DNA of 64,000 nucleotides, taken from assembly GCF_009914755.1 (NCBI RefSeq), contig NC_060930.1. One strand, given 5' to 3'. Positions 1 through 16,400 of this stretch are shown here, in pieces; position 1 is the first letter of the stretch, and every line of letters starts with the position of its first letter. Source of the DNA: the human T2T-CHM13v2.0 reference genome, Homo sapiens. The notes under the pieces were generated by a model that saw only the letters and a list, made by a program, of their open reading frames with translations, had not been told where the DNA came from and made no database searches. A program made the position numbers and the translations under genes.

Positions 1-750
1 TTTCACAATTAGGCTGCAAAAGAATCCATGACTTGCTCCATGTCATGATAAATAGGTATTTTTTAACAAAATAATTGATTAAATTATTCTTACCAAGCAC
101 ATTAGTCATACCTGATTTATACCCAGAAGAAACGGGTCTTGAAGTTTTACCAGTGACAGGGAAACAAAAGTCAGGAATCTGGACTAATAACATGAGTAAT
201 TTCCATTAATTTCAGTCCCACAGATTCTCCCATAAATTTAGATTAGGAAAAGAAAGATATTGAAGGCAGAAATTTCCCATGACAGGTCGCATATTCATTT
301 TGCAAATATCACAGAAGAGGGGTAAATATAAATATAAATCAAGTGCCTATTATGACAAGACCGTGTGCTCAATAAGCACGGCTCTAAGGCAAACACAAGA
401 ATTGCATCTCTGGTAAAAGATATTCTTCATTCTGAGACACCTTTTTCAATAAACAGAACTCAACAGTCCTAAGGCTGAGTAATGTCAAACTAAGTAAACA
501 GAGGAACCATTTTACTTCAAAGCACATTTCATCCAAGAACTCCACATGCTAGAGGGGTTTTAACTTTCATTCTAAAGAATAGAAAAGGCCGAAGAAGTTA
601 AGTGACTTTCCCTGTTTATTGTACAACATAATAATTATTTAGATGCTACATGTCAAGTCATCAAGTTTTAGAGATACAGCATTACTGTTAAGCCATATAT
701 GATGAGAAATGAGAAAAAACAAAAATCTATAGAGAATTTCATAATGAAAT

Positions 751-887
751 GATCTACTTTTATAATATATATAAAATTATATTATTTTTGTAATATATAT
801 AAAAAATATGATTTTATATATAAAAAGATCTATTTTTATAATATATATAAAAATAGATTATTTTATCACATGATATATAAAATAGAT
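751..887. repeat. AT-rich low-complexity repeat with internal palindrome
   Basis: Repeated gatcta(c/t)ttttataatatatataaaa units; 13-bp inverted arms at 828-840 and 846-858. Confidence 0.8.
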
Positions 888-1109
888 GGTTTTGTCCTCT
901 CTCATATAATTCGTACTTACACAGGCTCTATAATTCTTCTAGGCTGTAAAATATCCTTTGTAGAAAGAGCTAAATATTAGTACATGGAAATATTTTCAGC
1001 TCCTTATTAAAATATGAGACTGCTGAAAAACAATAATTAGACTTCAATATTTAGGAGCTTTTGCATACTTTAAATGCTATGGTTTATTTTTAATATTTTC
1101 AAGATTTTA

Positions 1110-1464
<355 letters not shown>

Positions 1465-2149
1465 GGCAGTAAAATGTGCCAGTAGAAGGAAACTGATCAC
1501 TGATAGCATGCTTTTAATAGGCCAAATTAAATCAGACTTTCTAGGAACAAGAAGTGAAAATGTCACTTTTTTGGCATGATGCTAATAAGAATACAGATAC
1601 CATAAATCTTTGTAAAGAATTTTCCAGAACAATACATAATACCTCATTGGTTTTGTTTAACATTTCCATCTGCATTTGAAACATCTCACTCAGATTGATA
1701 CCTTTCCCAATTATAATTAATGCAGAACCTGTGACAGTAGGATCTTGATTTATTTTAATTATTTTCTAAAACTTTTTCAAATTACTTTGTCTTTTATAAT
1801 GTTGTTTCATAGCTAGATGGTACAAGAGCAGACATGACCTTCAATCAATATTTTAATTGAATTCATTGAGTTCGCTAGAAACTTGATCATACCTGAGTAA
1901 AATGATAAAATTTAGATTCTAAGCCACCCAGGCCAAGAAATGGATCCTATGGAGACTCATCAACAGACAGACAGCCCAGGAAGTCCACATCAAACAGCAG
2001 GCTGGACATAGCCATTTCTTCACCCGAATACTAAAGCCCTATACACACACAACACTTTAATTAGAGGATCTTCCACATTCTTTAAAGAAATAAAGAATGT
2101 TTTGTCACTCTTTTATTTTTTTATCCTTCCTGCCTGCCTACCTGCCTTT

Positions 2150-2210
2150 TTTTTTTTTTACTTCTTTGCTTCTCTTTTTTAAATTTTCTTTCTTTTCTTT
2201 TCTTTCTCTC

Positions 2211-2253
<43 letters not shown>

Positions 2254-2308
2254 GTCTCTCTCTCTCTCTCCCCTCCACTCCCTTCCATTCCTTTCTCCTT
2301 TCTCTCTG
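2150..2308. repeat. Polypyrimidine tract with (CT)n microsatellite
   Basis: T runs and TTTC repeats leading into (CT)n at about 2205-2270. Confidence 0.9.
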
Positions 2309-2857
2309 GAAAATGAAATATGTTAACAAAAATCGATGATAAAGAGACTATTTTCCAGTTCAAACTGAAAAATGAGTTGTCTTGTAGGAGAAACAAACAA
2401 ACACAATGCAACATGACACTTCTTAACCAAAACTGGCCAAAATTCCAATGGATATTCACAGAAAAACCCTAAGCTTAAAATTGAGAACCTTAAATAGCTC
2501 TATCAGACAACTTATATTTCTACAACAGAAGTTTATTCAATAAAATTGTGAGCTGGAGGGAAACAAGCAGAAGTTGACAGACGTAGAAGTGAAGGATAAC
2601 AGAGTATTCAACAAATGAACCATAAATTTCAGAATTAAGGGAGACTCTAAGTTATTGTTATTATTAATCAGAAAATCCATGTCAAATTACTATTTCTGCT
2701 GAAGAGATTTTGGCAACAACAATACACAGGCTACCTTCTGAACCAGAACCCCAAAAATGCTTCAAGGATTAATAAATGCAAAGTTAATTCCAGAAATATC
2801 TGGTCATCAGATCCTCTCACAGAAAGACATCCAAAAGACAGCTTGGTTCTGCTGCCC

Positions 2858-3307
2858 TATGAAAGTTGTTAGAGTTTATATAGACTCACTTTTGGTGAAA
2901 AGAACCAAAAACAAAAAAAAGAAACCCTAACAAATAGAGCCAGGAAAAGTCAAGAATGGAAAGTTCTCGAGCACACATGACTGATAACAAGAACTATCAC
3001 AGAAGACTGCAGAAAGCACAATTTGGCAAAAAGGCCATCACAAACGTATACAAGAAATACTTCTGCAAGGACATCTGCCTTGCAACTGCCTGTCCAACCT
3101 CCAGCTGGCGCCACTCTTGTTATTGATCCTTGTAGCCAAGAATAATGATGTAATGCTCCTCATTTTTTCCTTTAAAAACCTTTGCCTGTCTTCACCTCTC
3201 TGAATATGCAGAGTTCACTGTGGCATGCACATTCCCATTACAGTGCTCTATTCCCAAATAACTATCATTTTCTTTTAGAGAGCTTCTCTCTGTCATTTAG
3301 ATTGACA
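2858..3307 (+). mobile_element. ERV1-class solo LTR (MER67-like)
   Basis: Starts t(a)tgaaagttg, ends ttagattgaca, 4-bp TSD gccc on both sides; body gacatctgcc..caactgcctgtccaacc resembles MER4-group LTRs. Family name recalled, not verified. Confidence 0.75.
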
Positions 3308-4366
3308 GCCCAAGCTGACAGATTATACTACTTATGCCTGAAGATTAATACAACTTTCTCTTCTAAACTTTGCCAAAGGGAAATGCCTAAAATAAGTATA
3401 TGCCTCTGGATAATCACCCACCTGGTTGTAGCACATCAACTGAGGTTCCTGGAAACACATCTGCCTCTGATGTGAGCTGCACTGCACATCATCACTGAAA
3501 TGTGATCAAGATAACTGGGGGCTTTTGCTCATTCTCTGGGAGTGGTGAAAGATCTAATGACTCCGTGATCAAAGAGGTGTGGCAAGAAGTTATCTGAAGA
3601 TTTCAGACCTGCCACCTTCTGATTCTGAAGGATTAGCTGAGAGATAAAGAAAAATATCTGGCTCCCATCAGGACATTAAGTCCACTTCATTGATACACAG
3701 TGGCCACAATGTTTCTTTACTCACTCTGTGTTAGTGGTAAAATGTCTAATCCTCTACCCCAGAGCAATCTGAGATTGCTCTGGTTTTAACACTGAAGGTC
3801 CCAAATCCCAGGAAACTCCCAGGTAAACTGGTATGGTTGGCCACTCTAGATATCTGAGATAGATGTCTTCCCCTCTGTGTAAAAAAGACCTGCAGAGATG
3901 CCAACATGAGACTGTGAATAGGCTTCCACACATGCGCAGGTGGCTCTCAGCATGGGTGGAACAGAATCACACTGTTCTGGGCCCAAATCCAGAGAGGCCC
4001 TTGTTATGACACCCTTTTATTCTGAAAACAGCAAAAGTAAAAAATTTGGCTCCCCAAAACAGTCACTTTAAGAATTCTAATTTTTCTTCTGAATATAACA
4101 GACAAACTTATTTTTCACTACCCTAGCCCTGTACACTTTTAAACCGAATCATTCAATTCTGATCACTGATTTTTAGCTAAATGAGGAACACTATTTAAAT
4201 AATACGCTGCAGTACCTGCATTGCACAACACAAAAACCCTTGCACTCTGTATTAGTTAATGAATCTCAGGTAAGTAACAAATTATTTTAGATGTCACTAG
4301 AACAGCTTTATTTAAAAATCCATATCATAAAAGTAAAATCTTCCCTTCATTTTATAACTTAGTCTT

Positions 4367-4612
4367 TGCATTAGTTCATTCTCACATTGCTACAAAGTAA
4401 CACCTGAGACTGGGTAATCTATAAGAAAAGAGGTTTAATTGGCTCACAGTTCTGCAGGCTGTAGAGGAAGCGTAGTGGCTTCTGCTTCTGGGGAGGCTTC
4501 AGGAAGCTTCCAATCATGACAGAAGGCAAAGGGAGGTCACAGGCATCTCACATAGTGGGAGCAGGAGCAATAAAGCGGGGAGGAGGGGAAGGGGGCTACA
4601 CACTTCTAAACT
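4367..4612 (-). mobile_element. MaLR LTR fragment (MSTA/MSTB-like), truncated
   Basis: tgcattagttcattctcacattgct...gagactgggtaat...agaggtttaattggctcacagttctgcagg is the MST LTR 3' end read on the minus strand. Confidence 0.85.
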
Positions 4613-5829
4613 ATCTACCATCTCTCCCAATTTCTTCACAAAGCCACTTCAGTCCTGAAACATTTACCAGGAAAAGTTTCTTTGTCTGCTTCTGAATATG
4701 GTTCACCCATTTGATTTTCAATTTTCATGTTCGGTTAGCCTCCATCAAATTTTTCTTTCCAGCCAGCTCTTTTTTTTGTTGCCCCATATGAATAATGATT
4801 TTTCTTAAGAAGCGGTGGAAAAGAAAAGTTTAAAATAAAGAAAAAATGATATAGTAAAATAAACATGCTGAGAGAAAGGAAAAATATATATTTAAAGATG
4901 CATTTTATAGGGGAGGAATATTCATATGAAATCTAACTGGATCCATTAGCGGCAAAACACCAGATTAAAATATCGGAACACACCAGAAAGGTATATTTTA
5001 TTAAATACTACCATAGGCATTTGCATTACATTTATCTCTTCTTTATTTCCATAGGGATGGCACCAGTTATGTATTTGGATATTAGAAATTAATATTTAAT
5101 GACAGCTCAAAAGAGGAAGACCAAAAATGGAGAATCCCCCCAAATTAAGGAAGCATTCTGATTAAGAAGAAAGTATGCTTCCCAGAAGCACCCTCTAAAA
5201 CTGATCTCTTTTAGTGTTGTATATAAAAATTATTTTGAAAATAAAAATGTGATATTTAGTAATGGTTAGGAATTTATATATATATACAACAGGACTTCAT
5301 GGAGTAAAGTCTATTATCCGTTGCTATTTTCTGAAAATATCATACCCTCACTTATTTCTGATTTAATTTTTTCAGTTTGTTACAAGCAGGCATTAACAAG
5401 ATGGAAATCATCATTGAGATCCACAATTCTCTATGTTCTATTAATTATTTCAAATGCAGAGCTCTTTTTGTTTTTTGCTCTATCTTGTATTTTTATACAA
5501 GATATACTTAGTAACATAGAGAGTATTTCTATACTTAGTGATATAGAAAGTTTATATTTCTTTGAAGTTAACAAACTTTTCACAGAGTAAGGACCATCAA
5601 TAAGAGAATGTTCTGTGTAATGCTGTAGGGCCTCTGTTCCCTGAATCTTGAATCTTGGGAAATATTCATTCTCATAGTTTCTTAACAGTGCCTTCCCAAT
5701 ATTCTACAACCTTTGGGCAAAACAGTAAATACACCCTAGATGTACTAGAAAAAGAAAGAAAAGGAAGAGGAAACACATTAAGGATAATAGAGAGACCAGA
5801 GTTTTCATTTTCAGCAACTTGTTCTAAAC

Positions 5830-6185
5830 TATAATTGATACTTTCTCCTTCACCATTGATTCCCTATTTTCCTTACCTTCGGCCACCTTCAGCTGGTGAA
5901 GATTTTCCTCTGGCGGGGTGATTTAAACCTTTATCCTTTGTTCTGAAGAAGCCTGTGTAGGATGCAGTAGTATTGTGTTAATGTTTACTATTGGCTATAG
6001 CAGTAGAATGAAGTATTCCCCGGGCATCCTTCCCTCCACCACCCACCTCCACCCTCCATCCCAGTCTTGGTTTCCACGCATCCATTTGGTTGCAACAATC
6101 CCCTTTCTTCCTGATGCTCAACATTACTTAACACAGAATTTTTTGCCTATTGTCCTAGTAAATTCAAAATGACTAGGCAGCAATT

Positions 6186-6221
<36 letters not shown>

Positions 6222-6990
6222 CCTGAGACGAGTCTGGCTCTGTCGCCCAGGTTGGAGTGCAGTGGCGTGATCTCCGCTCACTGAAAGCTCTGCCTCCCAG
6301 GTTCACGCCATTCTCCTGCCTCAGCCTCCCGAGTAGCTGGGACTGCAGGTGCCCGCCACCATGCCTGGCTAACTTTTTGTCTTTTTAGTAGAGACGGGGT
6401 TTCACCGTATTAGCCAGGATGGTCTCCATCTCCTGACCTCGTGGTCCACCCGCCCCGGCCTCCCCAAAGTGCTGGGATTACAGGCGTAAGCCACCGCACT
6501 GGCCGACTAGGCAGCAATTTCTCGTGCAAATTTAGGGTTGAGAGAGAACACACATTTCCCACTCTTACCTTTGTCTTAGGGAGAAAGAAATTTATACTGT
6601 CTAGTAAGTGCATTCTTTGCTCATTCTCTTACTCTTCTTTTTGGATTGGGGAATTTGGGAAAAGGAGTTTTATGATACCCTGCTCAACTTTTGGAGCTCT
6701 CCATTAGAGCAACGTATCTTCCAGTTACAGATGCCCTCTCCACTATCAGGAGAAACCACTTTGCCCCTGTCAGGGAGGCCTGTGATTCCAACAACTGGGA
6801 GGACAGACCTATGTACTTCACCAATCAAGGTTAGAAGGTCCAGCGTGGCCACATGCCTGCACCACATCTGTCTCTCCAGGTTCGGTCTCCTCTGAAGCTG
6901 GTATTTTCCCCATCTTACGTCTGACTTCTATACCTATCTTTCAATTAGTTCCAAATTTGGATTTGGGTATGTGGTCATGGTTAACCTCTC
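5830..6990 (-). mobile_element. Possible old ERVL/MaLR internal fragment, split by the AluY
   Basis: GC content is raised and the sequence resembles decayed ERVL-type internal regions on both sides of the Alu; no diagnostic motif confirmed. Confidence 0.3.
6189..6504 (-). mobile_element. AluY, full length
   Basis: Long poly(T), AluY-type body (ttcacgccattctcc, ctgacctcgtg); perfect 18-bp TSD GACTAGGCAGCAATTTCT at 6171-6188 and 6505-6522. Confidence 0.97.
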
Positions 6991-8796
6991 CTAAAACCCC
7001 ACACTACTGATGAAAAGGAAAGATCATGTCCAAAGCAGAGCTTTGATTTTTTTCTAGGTGGTGAAATAGGAATCTTCCCAATTGTTCCTACTCTTGGGTT
7101 CTTAAGTGGAACAAAAAATTAGGGAATTAGGAACAAAGTTCATGAGAGAAGTTTACAGTCTTAGAATCTAGGCCATTCTATAAGAAAATACAACTGTAGT
7201 TTTGTTCTATTTAACATATGTCAATTCTCAAACCATCAAGGACACAACATAATATATATTGAGCTGTAAAGGTTTTTTTTTTAGTCTTATGTGATTTTGT
7301 AGGTTATATAGAGCATCTTTCTTTCTTACTGTTTAATAAGCCAACTAACTAAAAGAATACTTTTCACAGGTACTCTAGAAGATAATCACTTTAAGGCATT
7401 AGCCTAACATTTTGGGAACCTGGAGTAGTTTTTTGTTATTAATATTTTCTTAAATTGATTATGGTGCTGTGATGTGGATGTGTTAAGATTTATACTGTGT
7501 AAATGAATGACTGTAAACTGAAGGGCTACATTTAATTAAATTATCAAAACCTGTGCTATAATCGCCCTTTTTAAGGAAAGAGCTATTTTCTAACTCATTT
7601 TACTGAATAACAAACTCACTGAACATATGTAAAAACTTACCTGTGAGAAAATTAGTATTTATTGTATTTGTTGCGTCATGTTATAAGATTATTATTTAAG
7701 CATAAGCCATTAACATGGGTAATTTCATTTTGTGGCTTTAACGTAGGTTTCCCTACGTTTCAGATAAGAATGTTGACCCAAAGAAGTGCAGGCTTCAAAT
7801 ATATCACTTTGATTTGGAATGAGTTCTCTGAATATTTAAATAATATCCAAGTTGTATACATTTCTAAAGTAATTACTACATTAGATATATGGTTGTTAAA
7901 CTTTAAAAATAAAAATCAATTATAATGGAAAGCCTCCTTAAGTACTTGAACTATTTATTTTGAATAAAATTGTTCAAATTATGGTTAAGCATATGTTATT
8001 AATAACTTCAGTCTTAGATAGACGGTTTTGAATTTATCATTATGTATGTTAGCCTTAACTTTTAGTTTTATGATGACATTTTTATTGATTTTCCTCTGAT
8101 TTAAATTGTATTATCCTTTAACCATTTGCTACCCTAAAAGAGGAGAAACAAATTCCATTCTGATCAAGTAATAGCTAGTTCTTTAATAATGAAAAGAATT
8201 CCACACACACCATTTGATCCCTTCTTCTGAAGCTGGTTGGTAAGCTCAAAAGACCAGAGAAAGTTTTGCTGGCAGCCATAGTAGCTGTTGTAATAGAAAT
8301 AGGGAAGATTTCAGGGTGAAGGAGAAATAAAGTAAACTACCTTTATTCTTTATTTTTCTTGTAAAATAGGGTAATGGTAGGGGACGAGAACATGAGAAGA
8401 TACATTAAATCCAAATTATATTCCTTTAGGATTCCCAATTGCTTACCTGTACCAGCATATCATATTTCTTTTTATCCTTCAAAAAGAGTTATTGTTTTTA
8501 TTTTAACCACTTTTAAAATGTTGTATATTTGTTTGGGATATAATAACATGTGATTGTAGTTCTGGGGCAAACAATAAGAATCATTTTAATGTGATCAATT
8601 CTTTCTCTGATTTACTATTGTAGTAGAAAATGTTTGTAATAGCAAGAAAGACTAACTTTATGCTCTGATGTCCTGTAGATGCAATTTTCCATGCACTGAG
8701 CCAAAATCTGAGTTAGAACACATGCAAAATGTTTTACAGGGCAGTAGTAGAGTGGGAAGTGGCCAAAAGGGAGTAGAAGGAAAATCAACTTGGTGT

Positions 8797-8975
8797 TGAG
8801 ACAGACCTGCAATTGAATCCAGACTCTTCCACCTGGCATCTTGGTTTCCAGTTTACTATGGGCAAGATACTTAACATCCATAATCCTCACATTCCTCATC
8901 TCTAAAATGGAAATAATAAGAACCATCCAATAAGGTTACTGTAAGCTCTAAGCACCTAACATATCTGGCACTTAG
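8797..8975 (+). mobile_element. MIR
   Basis: Core match gggcaagatacttaac...cacattcctcatctctaaaatggaaataata. Confidence 0.75.
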
Positions 8976-10029
8976 AAGGGATTCCATAGGTATTAAAACA
9001 CTCCTCGCTCCCTTTCTCTATAAAATATTTTCTATTAATAAGTATATTTTTAGTGAACAATTGATGCCAACAAAGACAGTAAATAGAAAGTATAGAGGAT
9101 AATAACATTTCTTCCTACATAATTTATTTCAAAATAAGAAGCAAATAGATGACATATTCAAACCAAAGTCAATTTTTGCTGAATGTTTTTCCCATCTTGT
9201 AACACTTTACTTCTTGTAACACTTCACTTCATTAACCAGCCTAACTGTATACAGCTTCCCTAATCCTCCTGCGATTGTTAAAATTCTTGGCAGCTGGATG
9301 TGCTAGAGATGAGAACAGATAAACTCAATTATAACCAGTGAGGCATGCTTTATTAGGATACTATCTTGCCTCTTACTACTTGGATTTAGCTTGTCAAAAC
9401 TAAGAAATGAAAGGCTTAACTTTCTGTAACGTTTCCCTCTCATTTCACTTGTAACAGTCTTGAATATCCTCCGAAGTGCTTTTTATACCCCAGAAAAGAA
9501 ATCCACATTTAGATATTTTTTAAATTTCAATGTCAAAATATCAGTAACATATTAACTTTACCAGCCAAAGTCAGAGCCAGATATAAATGATTCTTTAACT
9601 TTTTATCAGAAAGTAAGTTGAACCCAACAATTTTTAATTTGTTTATGAAGACATTCTGTTAGCAACACTAGACTCCCAGAGACACAAAGAAAACTCAAGT
9701 CAACCCTACTGCCCAACCCCTGCATCATTGCTGTTGCTTTTTAAAAATTCAGATAATATATAGCATCCTTGGGCCTGGTATTTAGAATAAACTGATCTCT
9801 AAGTTCTCTTTTAATTCTAAAATATTGTATATACTATGATTGTCTTAAGTAATTATTAGGCACCATACATGAGTTTGCCCTATTAAGGTATAAAATAAGC
9901 ACAAAATAAAATCTTTAATGTAGGAGATTAAAATCCATGTTTCCCTCCAACCTCAGTCCTTGACTAAAAATAACTGAGTTCACTTGCTTAAAGCACAAAG
10001 TAAGTGAATTTTCATTTGAGTTTTTACCT

Positions 10030-10310
10030 TAATATATACACTATGTACCAGGGAGTGAGGTTGCAAAAGTAAACACGATAACCGTGATCTCTGTCCTATC
10101 AAAGCTTAAAACCTAGAGTGGGAGACAGGCAATTAATTAAAGACTTGAGATAAGAGCCTCCCTGGGACAAATCTTTGAATGTTTCAGGTTTCTGGCTTGG
10201 ACAACAGAGTGAATGGCAATTATCATCAACCCTCAAGAGGGAGCACACAGAATTTTAAAAGATTAAAAGAAAAATGATGGGTTCAGTTTGTACTATATTG
10301 AGATTTTATT
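10030..10310 (-). mobile_element. L2 fragments
   Basis: ctatgtaccagg...tctctgtcctatcaaagctta..ctagagtgggagacag and caggtttctggcttgga...gttcagtttg motifs. Confidence 0.55.
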
Positions 10311-10329
10311 GTCTTTCTTAGAACTTTAA

Positions 10330-10510
10330 AAAATATACATTTATATGTTTTAAAATATATAAATGTATATGTTTATAATTTATATAAAATATTTTTAATG
10401 TTATATAATTTATATAAACTATATTAATATTTTTATATAATTTATATAAAATATATATTTTAAAATATATTTATATTTTTTAAAATATAAGTATATTTAA
10501 AATATATAAC
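10330..10510. repeat. AT-rich low-complexity repeat
   Basis: Almost pure A/T with three tataatttatataaa units. Confidence 0.85.
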
Positions 10511-12794
10511 CTTTCTTGAATCCTAATGTTTGTGCTAAATTGGAATCATTAAATACAGAATTAAGGAAAGTGGGATCTCCTATGGACATTTTTTTGAAAT
10601 TCCAATAAGCCTTCAACCATATGAGAGAGAGAGAGACCATGTTCTAGCACTGGCCAAAGCAAGAAAAGTCTCAAATGCCAAGTTCCTTCTAAGACACTGG
10701 TAAGACACAGAAAGTAAAATCTAAGTACAATTAGAAAGATGATTTTGGGGTTGGGGCCTATATCTTACTCCTTTAAAGATCAAAGTTGAAAATTACTTCT
10801 GTGATTGGAAAGAATCTAGTCATAGAACACTTAACCTCAGAGGACCGTGAACTTGTCTCTTCATTTCATCTTTAGTCTCATGAGTTGGAAGAAATATTTC
10901 AGTCAGACACTAAAATGTGTGTCTTTCTAACTGTTCAGTAGTAGTGGGAGAGCAAATTAAAGGCCTCTTTTTGACTAGGTTGGACACAAGCTTTCTCAAA
11001 AGGACAGTAAAAATAGACATTGCTGTGGGAAAAGGAGTTCAAAACTTGGAACAGGGCTTTCAATTATCACCTAAAGTTTGAGTTGAATTAACACAGGAAA
11101 AGTTAAACATACTGTATTTTATTCATTCTAACTTCAAATTATTTCATAACAAAATAGTCAATGACCTCTGAAATTGGTATTTTAATCAGCCATCTTAAAT
11201 TTACTGTCATTCTGGTGTCATTCCCAATACAACTGTTATGCCTAAGCATGTACCAACTTCATAATAGCTATTTCTTTGGTCGCAATTTTAATAGTTTTGT
11301 GCATTTGGGGCATGTATCTTGAGTGTAATCGCCACAAAATGCCCTCAAAAAGATTGTTGTATGATTCAACAATGAATAAAGTTACCATATACCCAGAAAA
11401 ATGTGGAAACAGTCTAGTGTAATGTAAGGTAAATGTCTATGTCTAATAATTACAAAATAACTTTTTCAATAAGTATAAAATAAAATTTCTAAGTGATAAG
11501 AAAGCATTGTATTACTGTTTAATTGGCAATGTATTTTCCTTCTTAGTCATACAAAAAAGAATATTGCCAGTTACAATGAAAGGCATCTATACTTGATGAA
11601 CTGCAATAAGTTAACAAATTTCCAAAGCATGTCATTGTCTCTTCAAATATTTAATTGTGGATCTGTTTAATGTTATTTAGATCTAGTTGATTATTTCAGG
11701 TTATTTTGGAAATAAGAGTCTAGATCTCAGTGAATCCTTTTTGTTTTCAAGGTAGTGTGCTTGTTAGTGCTACCTTGTGGCAGAAAATCCTAACTATTCT
11801 GAAAGCATTTAAAAGGGAAAACAGTTTCAAAAGTGCTGAAACTTTAAATTTTAAAGTAATACATTGTGGCAAATGTCCCAGACACTTTTATGGGCCTGGA
11901 AGAATAGTTGCGCTGGACTGTACAGAAGAAGTGATATGATATATTTAGATTCTGATTAATTTTTTCCAGGGACTTTAGAGAAATATTTCTAAGTCAACAT
12001 TTGTCATTTAGGAGAGATGTAAATTTCAGTAGTTCAAGTTTAGATTAGTAGCAGATTATTTATGCATGCTATAAATACAGAGCACCTATTTCTACAAGAA
12101 CTACGCTGGATTTGTGGCAGATGCAAGAATAAAGAGGCAAAGCTCCTGTCATCAAGGAGCTTATAGTCTGGACAAGCTAAAATGTCTCTACAAATAACTA
12201 TAACTTGAAATGATAAAGGGTTTCAAAGGACACGTGAGTCAAGGACTCTGGCAGCAAGATGCTGACATACCTTTCTATTTTGAATGAAAGTAGAAAAGGT
12301 GGAGAGATCAGACAACTAATACACTTGTGTAACATGAGGGGCTACTTTTAAAAAAGAATTTTTTTTCAAAAGCAACTTCAGTTTTCACTTTTAAATGACT
12401 TTTTAAACTAGAGGAATAAAAGAAAAATAGAAAGTATCAATATTGCTTTGACTTATGATGCCATAGCATTAAAATTTTTAAATATAATTTAAATTTGAGT
12501 TGTTTTTAAATAAGATATCTCCTCTTACAATGCATTAACATCTTAAGATCCAAGTTGAAGTCATTTAAATTTTTTAATTTTTTATCTATGATTTCAAGAT
12601 TCTTGCTGCAATAAATAATCAGTTTTGTACTAATATGTTAATAAAATTATTTCGTTCCTTTTCTTTGTGTGTACTTCAATTAAATACATTTTTATGTTCA
12701 GATACTTCTTTGATGATTTCTTTGCTATCACCTTTGTATGGACCTCTTCATTTCACTTTCTACCACTTTGCTTCTTACCATTATTATTTATCTT

Positions 12795-12915
12795 TCTAGA
12801 GAGACCATGAGTCCTTAAGGCAGAGACTATATCCTACTCACTTTCCCTTCCTCATTACCTAAAAGAGTGTGTGGAATTTAGCAACAGTTCAATAAATGTA
12901 TCTCGAATAAATGCA
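12795..12915 (+). mobile_element. L2 3' end
   Basis: gagtccttaaggcagagactat...gtgtggaatttagcaacagttcaataaatgtatctcgaataaatg. Confidence 0.6.
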
Positions 12916-14164
12916 TGCATGGAAAATGCCTATACTAACAGAAATCTAAAAATATAAAGAAAGCATAATTTAAAAAATCTTGGTCTGGTGCTGTGTATGT
13001 CAAACCTCAATTCCAAAAGATTATACATTTTCCCTATATCAGATATTTTTAATTTTGTAAAATACTATTACATTTTCAAATGTGACAACTTGATACATGG
13101 AAAATCACTAAACAGAGAAACAGGGTGATACATGAATTATTTGAATTCATCTGACTGAAGTGAACCTGATTAGAATTATAAACTGTAATTGAATTATTTT
13201 CCCAGCAAGCTACTGAAAAAAGGTGTGAATACTACACAAATACTCTTTATTTATTGCAAATTAAGCTTAACTGAAGTTTGTTCATTTTCATTGCTTCAGA
13301 ACTCTTACTGTTGCTATTGACAACCAACTATCGGTTCATTCTACAGATAGATACAGAGATAAAATAACTTATACAGATAAATAATTTTTATAATTCATTC
13401 TAAAAATGGGTGGAAAGTTAAAGGATAGGGAAATACTTATAGTATAGGGATGTAGAAGTAAATGCAGTATGCTAGGGTTTTGTTTTCATAATGTCCATGC
13501 ATCCAAGAAAACACTGTAGTTGTTAATCTTATATAAAAGAGAAAGCAGATTTAAGGTTGATTTATTTAATGTTATAAAGAAAAGTGATTTTTAAATAGTG
13601 ATATGGAAAAAATTATATTACTTTCCCACTTGATATAAAATAGTATTATGAGAAATAGTGATTTTTTAAAAGAGAAAGGGTGTTCAAGTTATAAATATGA
13701 TTTGTTTTTATAGTTCTGTATCAACTAGATGTAAGTTCTTTGGAATCAGGAACTATATCATTCACCTTTTTATCTCCAGGACATAGTCTAGTGTCAATAA
13801 TTAATTGACAAATGAATGAACAGATCCCATCATTAACAAGAGCTACATTCATGATGTATTATACTAATCTATTGAGTATGTATTTATGATAGACTTATTC
13901 CTTATAAGAAACACTAAATCAATTTGTGTGTTAAAACATATTAAAATAAATCAGAATTGAATAAAGTAGTGTTTGAATACTTCCCTCCCAATCCTTCCTC
14001 CTCCCTCCCTAGAGTCATTAACAATTTCCTGAATGTATATAGTCCCATCTTTTTCTATGCTTATTTAAATACATATACATATATTTAAACAAATTATAGA
14101 TATTTAAACACATAGATATATATGTACTTTTAAACAAAAATTGAATCTTGTTACACATAATGCT

Positions 14165-16400
<2,236 letters not shown>

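Noticed and set aside
2097-2459. ER/K-rich and SL-rich ORFs
   Set aside because: Translations of the (CT)n and polypyrimidine tract.
3098-3111. CTCF-like CCTCCAGCTGGCGC in the LTR
   Set aside because: Mismatches at core positions; much weaker than the 20.4-kb site.
4262-4276. Perfect + strand donor CAG|GTAAGT
   Set aside because: No pyrimidine tract or convincing upstream exon; shows that such motifs arise by chance.
5503-9229. Small tandem duplications (about 5503-5551 and 9196-9229; also 21706-21759 and about 46728-46753)
   Set aside because: Ordinary slippage duplications with no further structure.
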